Assembly: GCA_021796215.1 (NCBI GenBank)
Contig: JAJYOK010000006.1
Span: 201 to 64,200, forward strand
DNA from: Bacteroidota bacterium
GTDB lineage: Bacteria; Bacteroidota; Ignavibacteria; UBA10030; UBA8401
Direction: 5' to 3'
Length of the DNA: 64,000 nucleotides
Part shown: piece by piece, positions 31,057 through 40,827 of the stretch
How the letters are laid out: every line of letters starts with the position of its first letter
Position numbering within the stretch: the first letter of the stretch is position 1
Position numbers and translations under genes: made by a program
The notes under the pieces: generated by a model
The model's input: the letters and a program-made list of their open reading frames with translations, nothing else
Databases searched by the model: none
What the model was told of the DNA's origin: nothing

Positions 31057-31728
31057 ATGGGAAAGAATGCGCTTCCTGTAATCGCGGTTGTTTTTGCTCT
31101 CTCATCGTCGCTGTTCGGAGAAACAAATTCAAGCTCGGAGAATACCGGCGAGAATAGCTCGCTCTCGATTTCGTTCACAGGCGGTGCGTCGTTCAATGCA
31201 CTGACGAACGGCTTCTTCAATAATTGGGGAAACGGATGGACCGCAGGTGCAGGGTTGATTTATGCGCCAACCCGATCGGTAAGTGTAGTTGGAAGCGTTT
31301 CGTATTCCCGTCATCCCTTTCAAGGCGGCAATATTAACCTTATTGCTCCTGCAGTTGTAGGATGGAACGGGAGAGTTATTGGTAGTGATCCGTTGACTAT
31401 TCTTGAAGCATCTGGCGGAATCCGCTTTACACCGCCAAGGTTAAAATATGTTACACCGTTCCTGTCGTTAACCGGCGGCGTGTACCGCTTGAGCGTGGGG
31501 AAAGTCATTGTCGAGTCATGGATGGATTCTCAGCCGCAAACTGTTTCGCGCTCGACGTATAATGGCACTGGCATTGTAACAACGCGAAACTTCGTTTCTC
31601 TCGGATTTGGTTTCGTTGTACCGTTTAAATCTACTTTCAGCATTCAGCTTGAGCAGCAGCTAACACAGACACTTGCTTTCGATATAAGTTTCCTCCGGTC
31701 TATCGCTTCCGTCGAAATGAAGCTATAG
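31057..31728 (+). CDS. Hypothetical exported protein, probable outer-membrane beta-barrel
   Basis: GAGGAGG SD, signal peptide, amphipathic beta-strands (GWTAGAGLIY, PFLSLTGG, VSLGFGF). Confidence 0.65.
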   Translation: MGKNALPVIAVVFALSSSLFGETNSSSENTGENSSLSISFTGGASFNALTNGFFNNWGNGWTAGAGLIYAPTRSVSVVGSVSYSRHPFQGGNINLIAPAVVGWNGRVIGSDPLTILEASGGIRFTPPRLKYVTPFLSLTGGVYRLSVGKVIVESWMDSQPQTVSRSTYNGTGIVTTRNFVSLGFGFVVPFKSTFSIQLEQQLTQTLAFDISFLRSIASVEMKL

Positions 31729-31781
31729 CCTTTCTTGCTTCCGGCTCTACTTTTTAATATTTTTCTTTAGTTCAAATCACG

Positions 31782-31809
31782 AAGAGGAGAACACTTCTCC
31801 TCTTTTTTT
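31782..31809 (+). terminator. Intrinsic terminator-like hairpin upstream of uppP
   Basis: AAGAGGAGAA-CAC-TTCTCCTCTT followed by a T run. Confidence 0.6.
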
Positions 31810-31831
31810 ATAACTGCACGAAGGTACATAC

Positions 31832-32668
31832 ATGTCGTTTTTTGAGGCGGTGATTCTCGGGCTTATTCAGGGCCTCACGGAATTTCTCCCCATCAGCAGC
31901 ACGGCGCATCTCACAATCGCCGGAAAATTTTTAGGATTGATCAATCCCACACACCCGGAAGAATGGACGGCGTTCATCGCTGTCATTCAACTCGGCACGG
32001 TTGCCGCGGTTATCGTTTATTTCTTCCGCGATTTGGTTCAGATCGCGAAAGGATTCTTTGCGGACGGACCGAAATATTTTAAGACGAAAATATCGGGGCA
32101 GGCAAAGATGGGGTGGTTCATTATTCTCGGTACGTTGCCGGTCGCACTGTTCGGATTGTCGCTGAAAAAGATTATCGAAGGCAATCTTACAAAAAGCCTT
32201 GCCGTCATCGGCACGAGCATGATCGGGCTGGCATTGATTCTCTGGATTGCCGAGATTGCCGGTTCGCGTAAAAAAAATATGGACAACATTACGTGGCTCG
32301 ACAGTCTTATCATCGGTATTGCTCAATCGTTCGCGCTCATTCCGGGCTCGTCGCGCTCCGGCACAACAATTACCGCCGGACTTTTTCTCGGCATCGCCCG
32401 CGAAGATGCTGCACGGTTTTCTTTTCTCCTCAGCATTCCCGCGGTGATTGCAAGCGGTTTTTTGGAACTGTGGGAAATGCGTAATTTCATGGGACAGGTC
32501 GGTGTGATGAATGTTATTATTGCAACGATCGTTTCATTTATTGTCGGATATGCTTCCATCGCTTTCCTGTTGAAATATCTCCGCACGCACACAACGTATG
32601 TGTTTATCTGGTACCGCATCGTGCTCGGCATGTTTTTGTGGACACTGGTGTTGGCACACGCCGGTTGA
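31832..32668 (+). CDS. uppP: Undecaprenyl-diphosphate phosphatase (BacA/UppP)
   Basis: LGLIQGLTEFLPISSTAH, ALIPGSSRSGTT, AARFSFLLSIP. Confidence 0.96.
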   Translation: MSFFEAVILGLIQGLTEFLPISSTAHLTIAGKFLGLINPTHPEEWTAFIAVIQLGTVAAVIVYFFRDLVQIAKGFFADGPKYFKTKISGQAKMGWFIILGTLPVALFGLSLKKIIEGNLTKSLAVIGTSMIGLALILWIAEIAGSRKKNMDNITWLDSLIIGIAQSFALIPGSSRSGTTITAGLFLGIAREDAARFSFLLSIPAVIASGFLELWEMRNFMGQVGVMNVIIATIVSFIVGYASIAFLLKYLRTHTTYVFIWYRIVLGMFLWTLVLAHAG

Positions 32669-32708
32669 AAAATCCCTTCGGTGTTGAAAACTTTTCTGGC
32701 ACAATGAT

Positions 32709-33344
32709 ATGGAATTTCTGAAAGATTTCTTTTCGCGGCTTACCGATGTCAAAGAGCTGGTGCGGTGGGCAGGTTATCCGGGCATGGCGGCAATTGTTTT
32801 TTCCGAAACCGGCTTGCTTGTCGGATTCTTTTTGCCCGGCGATTCACTTCTTGTTACCGCGGGATTGTTTGCCGCGGCAGGATACTTCGATATTACACTT
32901 CTCATTCCCATGCTCATCCTTGCGGCAATTATTGGCAATGCGAGCGGTTATTTCATCGGGAGAAAAAGCGGGCAGGCGTTGTATCACCGGAAAGAATCGC
33001 GCTTCTTCAAAAAAAGCCATTTGCTGAAGACGAAAGAATTTTACGAGCGCTACGGTCCCATCACGATTGTTCTTGCACAGTTCATGCCGTTCGCGCGGAC
33101 GTTCGCGCCGGTTGTCGCCGGCATCGCGGAAATGAAATATACGCGCTTTGCATCGTTCAATATTATCGGCGCAGTTGCATGGATCACCAGCATGCTGCTG
33201 ATCGGGTATTTTCTCGGCTCCACAATTCCGGGCATCGACAAACACATCGAGCTTGTCATCGCCGCCGTCGTGTTCATCTCCATTCTTCCCGGCATTATTA
33301 AATATGTGCAAGTAAAACTCGCCGCGCGGTCAGTGAAAGACTGA
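32709..33344 (+). CDS. dedA: DedA family membrane protein
   Basis: FSETGLLVGFFLPGDSLL, FYERYG, RTFAPVVAG. Confidence 0.92.
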   Translation: MEFLKDFFSRLTDVKELVRWAGYPGMAAIVFSETGLLVGFFLPGDSLLVTAGLFAAAGYFDITLLIPMLILAAIIGNASGYFIGRKSGQALYHRKESRFFKKSHLLKTKEFYERYGPITIVLAQFMPFARTFAPVVAGIAEMKYTRFASFNIIGAVAWITSMLLIGYFLGSTIPGIDKHIELVIAAVVFISILPGIIKYVQVKLAARSVKD

Positions 33345-33371
33345 AACGCTTTTCTCCGCTCTGAGGCACCG

Positions 33372-34592
33372 GTGGCTTTTTCCAATCGTACAATTCGTTT
33401 TCATCTCGAGACGATTTTCGAGAAGGAAATCAAGCGTCTTCCGTGGCACATCCCGTTAGCTGAATGGGAAAATCACGGTGTGCGCACGCTCGATATCAAA
33501 CGCGGCATCTCGCGCCACGTAGTTCTTTTTGTGAAGACGGGACGATTTTCATTCGGCATCAAAGAGATCAGCGAAGAAATTTCGAAAAAGGAAATATCCC
33601 GTTATGAAGAACTGCTTCTGCGCGGCATTCATACGCTTGTGCCGGCCGGTTACGTTGTGCGGGAAGAAGAACCCATTCCCCTTCAGACTCCGATCGGCGT
33701 GCAGTACGAAGCCAACAATATTTCTCATACCATCACTTTGCTTGTAGAAAAAGTCGTTCCCGATTCTGTTCTTTATCGTCGCGGATTTTCACAAGACAAT
33801 CGTAAACGCATTTGGAATGCCGTCGCCGCGCTCCTTGCCGAATTGCACAGCAAAGGCGTGTACTGGGGCGATGCATCGCTTGCCAACACGCTCATCAAAT
33901 TTGAAAAAGTGAACGTTCCATTTGTCGGAAGGAGAACAGAGCTGAAAGCATATCTGGCAGACGCCGAGACGATAGAATTTTTACCGGCGATTTCCGAAAC
34001 GTTGCGCGAGGAAGATTTGAATTTCTTTTTTGAATCCATGGATTGGATTAATGAAGACCTGTCGCGACAAGCCGGGAGCGTTTCCCGTGACGGCCTTTCA
34101 ACAGAAGCAGATAAAGAATACTTGCGCGGACGATATCGCCGGTCCTTTGAGATTGAGCGGAAGAAGCGCGACTTTGAAATCCAAACGTCGTACAACATTG
34201 ACCGTTTCCTGGGAAGTATTTCTGAGCCGTCATACGCCGATCTTCTGCTAAAACACATCGGAGAGCACAAATGGTATTTGAGTGAGCAGGCGCAAAAAGA
34301 AATTTCTCTTTCGGATGCGGCGCATGACTGGTACGAAAATATTTTTGTTCCTCTCTGCACGATGTTTCGTTCCGAAGGCGTGCTGGAATATTTTCCGGGC
34401 AAAACAGCGGCAGAACTGTATGTCGAGATCATGACAAACAAATATTTTCTCAGTGAAAAAAGCGGAAAAGATGCCGGCATGGAAAGAGCAATGCGTGATT
34501 ATATAAAGCGTTTCGGTGCAGTGCCTACGCTTGCCGCTGTGCTGAAAACCGCATCGCGGAAGATGAAAACGATTTTGAGCGGAAAGAAATAG
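33372..34592 (+). CDS. Kinase-like (Kdo/LPS kinase-like) protein with DUF4032 domain
   Basis: RGISRHVV, GIKEI, LHSKGVYWGDASLANTL, YLADAET, and HIGEHKWYLSE...AAHDWY. Confidence 0.75.
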   Translation: MAFSNRTIRFHLETIFEKEIKRLPWHIPLAEWENHGVRTLDIKRGISRHVVLFVKTGRFSFGIKEISEEISKKEISRYEELLLRGIHTLVPAGYVVREEEPIPLQTPIGVQYEANNISHTITLLVEKVVPDSVLYRRGFSQDNRKRIWNAVAALLAELHSKGVYWGDASLANTLIKFEKVNVPFVGRRTELKAYLADAETIEFLPAISETLREEDLNFFFESMDWINEDLSRQAGSVSRDGLSTEADKEYLRGRYRRSFEIERKKRDFEIQTSYNIDRFLGSISEPSYADLLLKHIGEHKWYLSEQAQKEISLSDAAHDWYENIFVPLCTMFRSEGVLEYFPGKTAAELYVEIMTNKYFLSEKSGKDAGMERAMRDYIKRFGAVPTLAAVLKTASRKMKTILSGKK

Positions 34593-34640
34593 CGTTTTCG
34601 GTAGCGACTTATCTTGAATTCTTCTGAGATGCTTTTATTA

Positions 34641-34709
34641 GATTTCCGGCAGAAGCATTCGGGAATGACGGACTTCAATTTACGTCATGCCGCGTATAAC
34701 GCGGCATCC
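34641..34709. repeat. Head-to-head pair of GTCAT...ATC REP-like palindromes
   Basis: Minus GTCATTCCCGAATGCTTCTGCCGGAAATC and plus GTCATGCCGCG-TATAA-CGCGGCATCC. Confidence 0.6.
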
Positions 34710-34846
34710 AAAATGAGTCTCTGCCGCGTTTTCTTCTTTCTTTTCATTCCTGTATATTATTGCACCTTGCCATTTCGCCTTAAAACAAAGCATGGCGTAA
34801 TTTCAACCGGCAGCTATGAATTGTGAATAAAACGAACGGAGTCCTC

Positions 34847-35113
34847 ATGACAACAGTTGCACCGTCAAAAGTTAAAGAGTTTTCAGCAACATCGCTCGAA
34901 AAAATTGCATACAAAAGCGTTGAAACAATTCCGACGCGCGAGCCAAACGACCAGCACCGGCTCGGCTACTGCATCTGGAAATTTCTTTCTGAGCGGCAGG
35001 GAACATTTGAAGAAGCGATTCACACCGCCGGCGCACGGATTCTCATTCCTGAATCCGATGTTGTGCGCATCGTGAAAGAATCGCTGAAACAGTCCGGTAT
35101 CGCTTTGGACTGA
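34847..35113 (+). CDS. Hypothetical protein (88 aa)
   Basis: GGAG SD before the ATG, protein-like composition, co-oriented with marC. Confidence 0.7.
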   Translation: MTTVAPSKVKEFSATSLEKIAYKSVETIPTREPNDQHRLGYCIWKFLSERQGTFEEAIHTAGARILIPESDVVRIVKESLKQSGIALD

Positions 35114-35137
35114 TATCATTCCAAAGGGATTTGCAGC

Positions 35138-35722
35138 ATGAAACTTTTCCACAATTTTTTGATGGCGTTCATTCCGCTGTTCGTCGCTATTGACGTGCTC
35201 GGCGTGATTCCGATGTTCATTTCTCTTACACAGGGAATGACCCCGAAATCGCGCAAACGCCTCATCGTCGAAGCAACGATGACCGCCGGTGCGGTGGCGC
35301 TGGTTTTTCTCGTTGCCGGAAAATTACTTTTTTCATTTCTTGGGATTACGGAAAATGATTTCCGCATCGGCGGAGGAATTGTGCTGCTCGTCCTTTCCGT
35401 GAACGATTTGCTCTTCGCCAGCGACACACGGCGCGATCCGGGAACATCGGTCGGTGTTGTGCCAATCGGCATTCCGCTCATTATGGGTCCGGCGGCACTT
35501 ACTGCAATTATCATCGTGGTGGACAGCTACGGCTATTGGATGTCCATTATTTCTCTCTTCATTAACTTGCTTATCGTCTGGCTCGTCTTCCGCAACTCGG
35601 ATTTTTTGATGCGCCTTGTCGGTGTCGGCGGCTCGCGTGCGTTCGGAAAAGTTGCGTCGCTCTTCATGGCGGCGATTGCCGTGATGATGATTCGCGTCGG
35701 CGTGCAGAACGTGCTGAAATGA
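35138..35722 (+). CDS. marC: MarC family membrane protein
   Basis: FIPLFVAIDVLG, FRIGGGIVL, VVPIGIPLIMGPA. Confidence 0.92.
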   Translation: MKLFHNFLMAFIPLFVAIDVLGVIPMFISLTQGMTPKSRKRLIVEATMTAGAVALVFLVAGKLLFSFLGITENDFRIGGGIVLLVLSVNDLLFASDTRRDPGTSVGVVPIGIPLIMGPAALTAIIIVVDSYGYWMSIISLFINLLIVWLVFRNSDFLMRLVGVGGSRAFGKVASLFMAAIAVMMIRVGVQNVLK

Positions 35723-35793
35723 GGTGGTCAGTTAACGGTAATCCGTGATCAGAAAAATCCTGAAGTTCTTCATTATTAATTCTTAATTGAAAA

Positions 35794-36456
35794 TTGTCTT
35801 CGCTCATCTACAAATTTCTTCCGCCCCGGGTTGTTTCCGCTGAAAAATCTCCTGTGCTCATTCTTCTTCACGGACGCGGCGCGGATGAGAACGACCTGCT
35901 TGGTCTGGCTCCGGAACTCGACGAGCGATTGATGCTCTTCAGTGTGCGCGCTCCGTTTCAATTTCCGTTCGGCGGCTTTACATGGTTCGATCTTGACGAA
36001 CAGGGAAACGCCGACCCTAAAATGTTCATGGAAAGTTATAACCACCTCTTCACGTTTGTTGACGAGATCGCAGCACAGCATGCATCCGATCCGAAATTGG
36101 AAATGGCGCCAAAGGCGACGAAAATTTTTCTCATGGGATTCAGCATGGGAACGATCATGGCGTATGCAATGGCGTTGACACAGCCGGAACGTTTCGCGGG
36201 CGTTGTAGCACAAAGCGGATTCATGAGAGAAATTCTTGGTTTAGAATTGAAATGGAACGCGTTGCAGCATTGCCCGTTCATTATCACGCACGGAACACAG
36301 GACACGGTGATTCCTGTGAATTGGGCACGGAAAACGCGCGACATGTTTGCCGCAAAAGGCAACGCTGATGTTGTGTACAAAGAATATCCGATGGGGCATC
36401 AAATCAGCGATGCGAGTCTGGCGGACGTATCGCAGTGGTTAGCGGAGAGGATTTGA
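35794..36456 (+). CDS. Phospholipase/carboxylesterase (alpha/beta hydrolase)
   Basis: LLHGRG, GFSMG nucleophile elbow, HGTQD, MGH; TTG start. Confidence 0.9.
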   Translation: MSSLIYKFLPPRVVSAEKSPVLILLHGRGADENDLLGLAPELDERLMLFSVRAPFQFPFGGFTWFDLDEQGNADPKMFMESYNHLFTFVDEIAAQHASDPKLEMAPKATKIFLMGFSMGTIMAYAMALTQPERFAGVVAQSGFMREILGLELKWNALQHCPFIITHGTQDTVIPVNWARKTRDMFAAKGNADVVYKEYPMGHQISDASLADVSQWLAERI

Positions 36457-36469
36457 AGCGCTTTTTCAC

Positions 36470-37084
36470 TTACCTCACCCGAAAAACTTTTTCCCTCACA
36501 TCTGTCTTTCCGTTTTCTTCCTGCGAAATAATCTCGTAGTGCAGCAAGCGCTTCTTCCCGCCGCAGTGAGTCTGCGACCAAAAAATCTTCCCGAATTTTT
36601 TCTTGTCATTTGGTTGTATGCTGTCTTTCACCACTGTCACGAGCGGCGGCGAAACAGAAAAATCAACGACGCGGATTTTCTGTGCTTCGTTCAAATAATA
36701 TTCATGTACGGCAACACATTTGCTGTCGCGAGACCAATAAACGCGAGACGGCTCGCTTCCATAGACTTTCCACTGTTTCGTTTTTACCTGAACGATAATG
36801 TAGGAATGTGCATCCACGGCGTGGCGGACAACGACAAGAATTTTCGATGAATCGGGCGAGAAGGAAAAAAGCGGAACGAGAGTGCCATATTCAGGATTGA
36901 ACAGTGCACTGTCATTACCGGGCGGAGCTTCGCGCAAACGGAAGACTGCAAGAGAATCATCATCAATGAAAAAATATTTATCCCGCACTTTTGCGTACGA
37001 GGTGTCGCTTGTTAATTGCTGGGCAGAGCAGTTTCCCAGAAAAATAACGGCAACAGCGAGCAATGCAATTTTAATGTGCGTCAT
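36470..37084 (-). CDS. Hypothetical exported protein or lipoprotein, beta-propeller-like
   Basis: ATGA overlap with the VKOR stop; signal peptide with lipobox-like LGNC; FSPDSSKI and WSRDSKCV propeller-type motifs. Confidence 0.6.
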   Translation of the reverse strand: MTHIKIALLAVAVIFLGNCSAQQLTSDTSYAKVRDKYFFIDDDSLAVFRLREAPPGNDSALFNPEYGTLVPLFSFSPDSSKILVVVRHAVDAHSYIIVQVKTKQWKVYGSEPSRVYWSRDSKCVAVHEYYLNEAQKIRVVDFSVSPPLVTVVKDSIQPNDKKKFGKIFWSQTHCGGKKRLLHYEIISQEENGKTDVREKVFRVR

Positions 37085-37494
37085 GGAATAATTTGTAACG
37101 CCCTGACGATGAACAGATTTGCGATAACGAGATTGATAAGGTGCGCCGTATAGCACAGCGCGCAATGAAGCTTCAGCCGCATAAGAAGCAAATGCGTGAG
37201 ATACATGCCGAGCCCGACAGCAAAGATTGACGTGACAAGAAAAAAAGTTTCAAACTGCGGCGTCGGCAAAATCAAAATCAAAGCATAATAGAGCAATCCG
37301 ACAACGCTGTTCGGGAAGCCGAGCACTTTCGCCTCACGCGTTTCAAGAATTTTTCTGCAGGTGGTCTCCTTCATTCGGCAAAACGACGGAATGCGGCGGT
37401 CGTCGGGCGGAAGAATGCGGTAATAGACAAGTGTGAAGTACGCAGAAATAAACATTCCGGCAAGCGCACAGGAAGTGATGAGGGTTTGAATCAT
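37081..37494 (-). CDS. Vitamin K epoxide reductase (VKOR) family protein
   Basis: Loop cysteines FCRMKETTC, GFPNSVVG, CALC redox motif, 4 TMs. Confidence 0.88.
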   Translation of the reverse strand: MIQTLITSCALAGMFISAYFTLVYYRILPPDDRRIPSFCRMKETTCRKILETREAKVLGFPNSVVGLLYYALILILPTPQFETFFLVTSIFAVGLGMYLTHLLLMRLKLHCALCYTAHLINLVIANLFIVRALQIIP

Positions 37495-37730
37495 GTATAA
37501 AAATATGGAGCGTGGGGGAGAGAAGCAACCGCTGCCTGATTTTTTGAGAACCTTTTTTGCCAAGTTTTGGTTGGAAGATGTAGCTTTCAACTGAATTTAG
37601 TTTTACATTTCAGATAGAACAGTTCGCATAAAGACGCCAAGCAGAAAAATCAGTTCGAAATGAATTCTTTGCGTCTTCGCGAAAGACAATTTTCTGATGT
37701 CTTTACATTAACCCTCTTAAAGGATGCTGT

Positions 37731-39428
37731 ATGAAGAAACGCTTTCTCCTGTCGAAGACCACGTTGTGGCTGACCCTTATCGCAGGAATCCTCGCCGGTT
37801 TCACCGCCGGTTTTGAAGTCACCGATAATATTTATTTCAAGCTCAACAAAAGCATTGACATTTTCGGGCGCGTGTATAAAGAGATCGTCGCGAATTATGT
37901 GGATGAAGTTGACCCGGAAAAATTTATGCACGCCGGCATTGACGGCATGCTGGGCATGCTCGATCCGTACACGGTGTTCATGGATCAAAATGAAAACGAC
38001 GAAATTGACCTTATCACCAGCGGACAATACGGCGGTGTGGGGATTTCCATCGGCATGCGCGACGGGTTTGTCACTGTCATTTCACCGATGGAAGGTTATT
38101 CCGCGCAAAAGCAGGGTGTCCGCGCAGGCGATCGTATCATCGAAATCGACAGCGTGAAAGTTACCGGAATGGACCTCGATTCGATTCGCGCAATGGTTCG
38201 CGGCACGCCCGGAACCGAAGTGAAAATGAAGATTCAGCGTGATGGCGAAGCTCGGCCGCTCGATTTCGTTTTGATGCGCGAAGAAATTCAGGTGAACGAT
38301 GTTTCGTACACCGGACTTCTTCATGACGATATCGGGTACATCCGGCTCGACCGTTTTTCACGAAATGCCGGTGATGAAGTGCGCCGTGCCATTGCCGACC
38401 TTCGCGCAAAAATTAAGAACGACTCCACGGGCGGCACTGAACTGCGCGGACTTATTCTCGACCTGAGAAATAATCCGGGCGGCTTACTCGAGTCGGCGGT
38501 TGATATTGTGAGCAATTTTCTTCCGAAAGGAAGCACGGTTGTAACTACGCGCGGACGTAAAGGAGAAGATGAGCATGTATACACCGTCACCGACGACCCG
38601 GCGCTTCCCGACATTCCGCTTGTCATTGTGGTGAACCGCAACAGCGCAAGCGCAAGTGAAATCGTGACGGGAGCGATTCAGGATTACGACCGCGGTGTTA
38701 TCGTCGGCACGCGGACATTCGGCAAGGGACTGGTGCAGACTATCACGCAGCTCGGCTACAACACGACATTGAAAATCACGACCGCCCGTTATTACACTCC
38801 GAGCGGGCGCTGCATTCAGGAAATTGATTATGCGCACAGGAACAAGGACGGAATTTTTCTCACCACACCGGACAGTTTGAAACATAAATTCAAAACAAAA
38901 CATGGAAGAATCGTTCTTGAAGCCGGGGGCATCGCTCCCGATACCGTTGTGAACGATGAAGAGCCGAGCGCACTGTACAAAGAGCTTCTTCGGAAGGCGA
39001 TGTTCTTTGAATTTGCAACGACATACGTTGCCAAACATCCGGCGGACAGCACAGATTTTACCGTGAGCGATTCTTTGCTCAGCGAGTTCGATCACTATTT
39101 GAAAAAGAAAAAGTTCGACTACAAGGACGATGCAGAGCGCAAACTTGGCGAAGTAGAAGATCTTCTCAAAAAAGAAAAATACAGCTCACGGCTTCTTGCC
39201 GATATGGATGACATTAACAGGCAGATAGAAACGGAAAAAGCGGACGCGTTTCAGCGGCACAAAGAGGAAGTCCGCGAAGGATTGGAAGAAGAAATCATTA
39301 GCCGTTATCAAGGTGAGCGCGGACGCATCCGCGCGTCGCTGGTACAGGACGAGCAGGTGAAAGTTGCAGAACACGTTCTTGAATCGAAGCGGCTCTATTC
39401 TTCAACGTTGAAAGTGGTGCAGCCTTAA
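37731..39428 (+). CDS. ctpA: S41 carboxyl-terminal processing protease
   Basis: LDPYT, PDZ domain, DLRNNPGG, SASASEI, GKGLVQ, YYTPSGR. Confidence 0.94.
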   Translation: MKKRFLLSKTTLWLTLIAGILAGFTAGFEVTDNIYFKLNKSIDIFGRVYKEIVANYVDEVDPEKFMHAGIDGMLGMLDPYTVFMDQNENDEIDLITSGQYGGVGISIGMRDGFVTVISPMEGYSAQKQGVRAGDRIIEIDSVKVTGMDLDSIRAMVRGTPGTEVKMKIQRDGEARPLDFVLMREEIQVNDVSYTGLLHDDIGYIRLDRFSRNAGDEVRRAIADLRAKIKNDSTGGTELRGLILDLRNNPGGLLESAVDIVSNFLPKGSTVVTTRGRKGEDEHVYTVTDDPALPDIPLVIVVNRNSASASEIVTGAIQDYDRGVIVGTRTFGKGLVQTITQLGYNTTLKITTARYYTPSGRCIQEIDYAHRNKDGIFLTTPDSLKHKFKTKHGRIVLEAGGIAPDTVVNDEEPSALYKELLRKAMFFEFATTYVAKHPADSTDFTVSDSLLSEFDHYLKKKKFDYKDDAERKLGEVEDLLKKEKYSSRLLADMDDINRQIETEKADAFQRHKEEVREGLEEEIISRYQGERGRIRASLVQDEQVKVAEHVLESKRLYSSTLKVVQP

Positions 39429-39433
39429 AAAGA

Positions 39434-40063
39434 CTACTTCTTCAGATTTTTCTCTACTTGCTCTTCGATGAGGGCGAAGTCTTTTTCATTGTGGACGAAG
39501 TCAAGGTTATCGCTCTCGATCACCAGCAAAGAGCCAAGTGTGTAATGGGAGATCCACGATTCGTAGTGGCTATTCAATTGCTCTAAATATTCCCGCGAAA
39601 TGCTCTGTTCATACGAGCGGCCGCGGCGGGCAATTTGCGCTTTCAAGGTGTCAACACTGGCACGTAGGTAGATCATCAGGTCGGGCGGCTGCAAGTATTC
39701 CATCATCACATGATAGAGTGCAATGTAATTATTGTAATCGCGGTCGTCCATATTGCCAATCTCGTGAAGATTGCGGGCGAAAATTTCCGCGTCTTCATAG
39801 ATGGAGCGGTCCTGAATCACCGACTCCGGCGATTCGACAATTTGTTTATGGCTTGTGAAACGGTGAGAGAGAAAATAAATTTGCAGGTGGAACGACCACC
39901 GCTTCATGTCGGCATAAAAATCGGCAAGATATGGGTTATCTTCGACTGATTCGAAATACGGTTTCCAGCTGAACTTTTTGCTCAGCATTGTCGTGAGCGA
40001 CGATTTGCCTGAGCCGATGTTTCCGGCAATGGCGATGAATGATTTTCGTGCGGGATGAGCCAT
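39434..40063 (-). CDS. Deoxynucleoside kinase (dAK/dGK family)
   Basis: AGNIGSGKS, QDRSIYED, PDLMIYL, RRGRSYE. Confidence 0.93.
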   Translation of the reverse strand: MAHPARKSFIAIAGNIGSGKSSLTTMLSKKFSWKPYFESVEDNPYLADFYADMKRWSFHLQIYFLSHRFTSHKQIVESPESVIQDRSIYEDAEIFARNLHEIGNMDDRDYNNYIALYHVMMEYLQPPDLMIYLRASVDTLKAQIARRGRSYEQSISREYLEQLNSHYESWISHYTLGSLLVIESDNLDFVHNEKDFALIEEQVEKNLKK

Positions 40064-40264
40064 ATGAAGCTCCTGAGTTCAAGGGTTAGAAAATTCTCCA
40101 AAGAATCCCGGATCGTCGGGACTCGGGAAATAATATACGACTTGTCTTCCATTGGAGCAAAAGGAAAGTTTATATTTTCTTCTACAACGGGAATTTTTGG
40201 GATGCCTCGGCGTTACATCTTCCAAACCAATGAATTAATCATCTTCAATCCGGGAGGATAACCA

Positions 40265-40762
40265 ATGACGATCACCGATATTCAGACATTGTTTGAGTAC
40301 AATTTTTGGGCAAAAGAGCGTTTGCTTCAGTCACTTGATGCGATGAAAGAAGAAAACCTGTACAAGGATATGAAAAGCAGCTTTCCAAGCATTTTTGCCA
40401 CACTGCTCCACATTGTCAGTGCAGAAAATATCTGGCGGCAGCGCTTTTCCGGTGCTGAGTCGGCGAAGCCGCTGACGAAAGACGATACGCCGGCGTACAC
40501 CGCACTTAAAGCGAAATGGAATCAAACCGAAGAAGCGTTAACTGCGTTTGTAACAAGACTGTCAGAAAAACAACTGCTTGATGTTCTGACGTTTAAAAAC
40601 ATGAAGGGAGAGGCGGTCTCACAATTTTTGTGGCAGGCGCTTCAGCATCTCGTCAATCATGAAAGTTATCACCGCGGGCAGATTACGACGATGATCCGCC
40701 AGCTTGGCGGGACGCCCGTAAACACAGATTTGATTGGATTCTATCGTTTGAAGAATAAATAA
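40265..40762 (+). CDS. DinB/YfiT-like four-helix-bundle protein (not a polymerase)
   Basis: GGAGG SD; YNFWA, HIVSAE..W, HLVNHESYHRGQ. Confidence 0.9.
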   Translation: MTITDIQTLFEYNFWAKERLLQSLDAMKEENLYKDMKSSFPSIFATLLHIVSAENIWRQRFSGAESAKPLTKDDTPAYTALKAKWNQTEEALTAFVTRLSEKQLLDVLTFKNMKGEAVSQFLWQALQHLVNHESYHRGQITTMIRQLGGTPVNTDLIGFYRLKNK

Positions 40763-40827
40763 TTTTTGCCTTTTGGCCTGCTTTGCGGTTTACTATGAAG
40801 CTTCCAAGAGCGCGAAAGTTTGAAAAG

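Noticed and set aside
34058..34090. Short hairpins in the DUF4032 gene (also ~29990-30025 in the vWA gene and ~41250-41275 in hutG) as further in-frame insertions
   Set aside because: The stems are too short or degenerate to support without ortholog alignments.
40694..40712. ATCCGCC-N5-GGCGGG (and similar matches at ~22177, ~23361 and ~47925) as repeat copies
   Set aside because: They encode conserved family motifs (IRQLGG, NQPTAQF, NPPSGA, ISHGGY) and lack the doublet context, so they are likely chance matches.
40265..40762. Second DinB polymerase
   Set aside because: It is the unrelated DinB/YfiT helical metalloprotein family.
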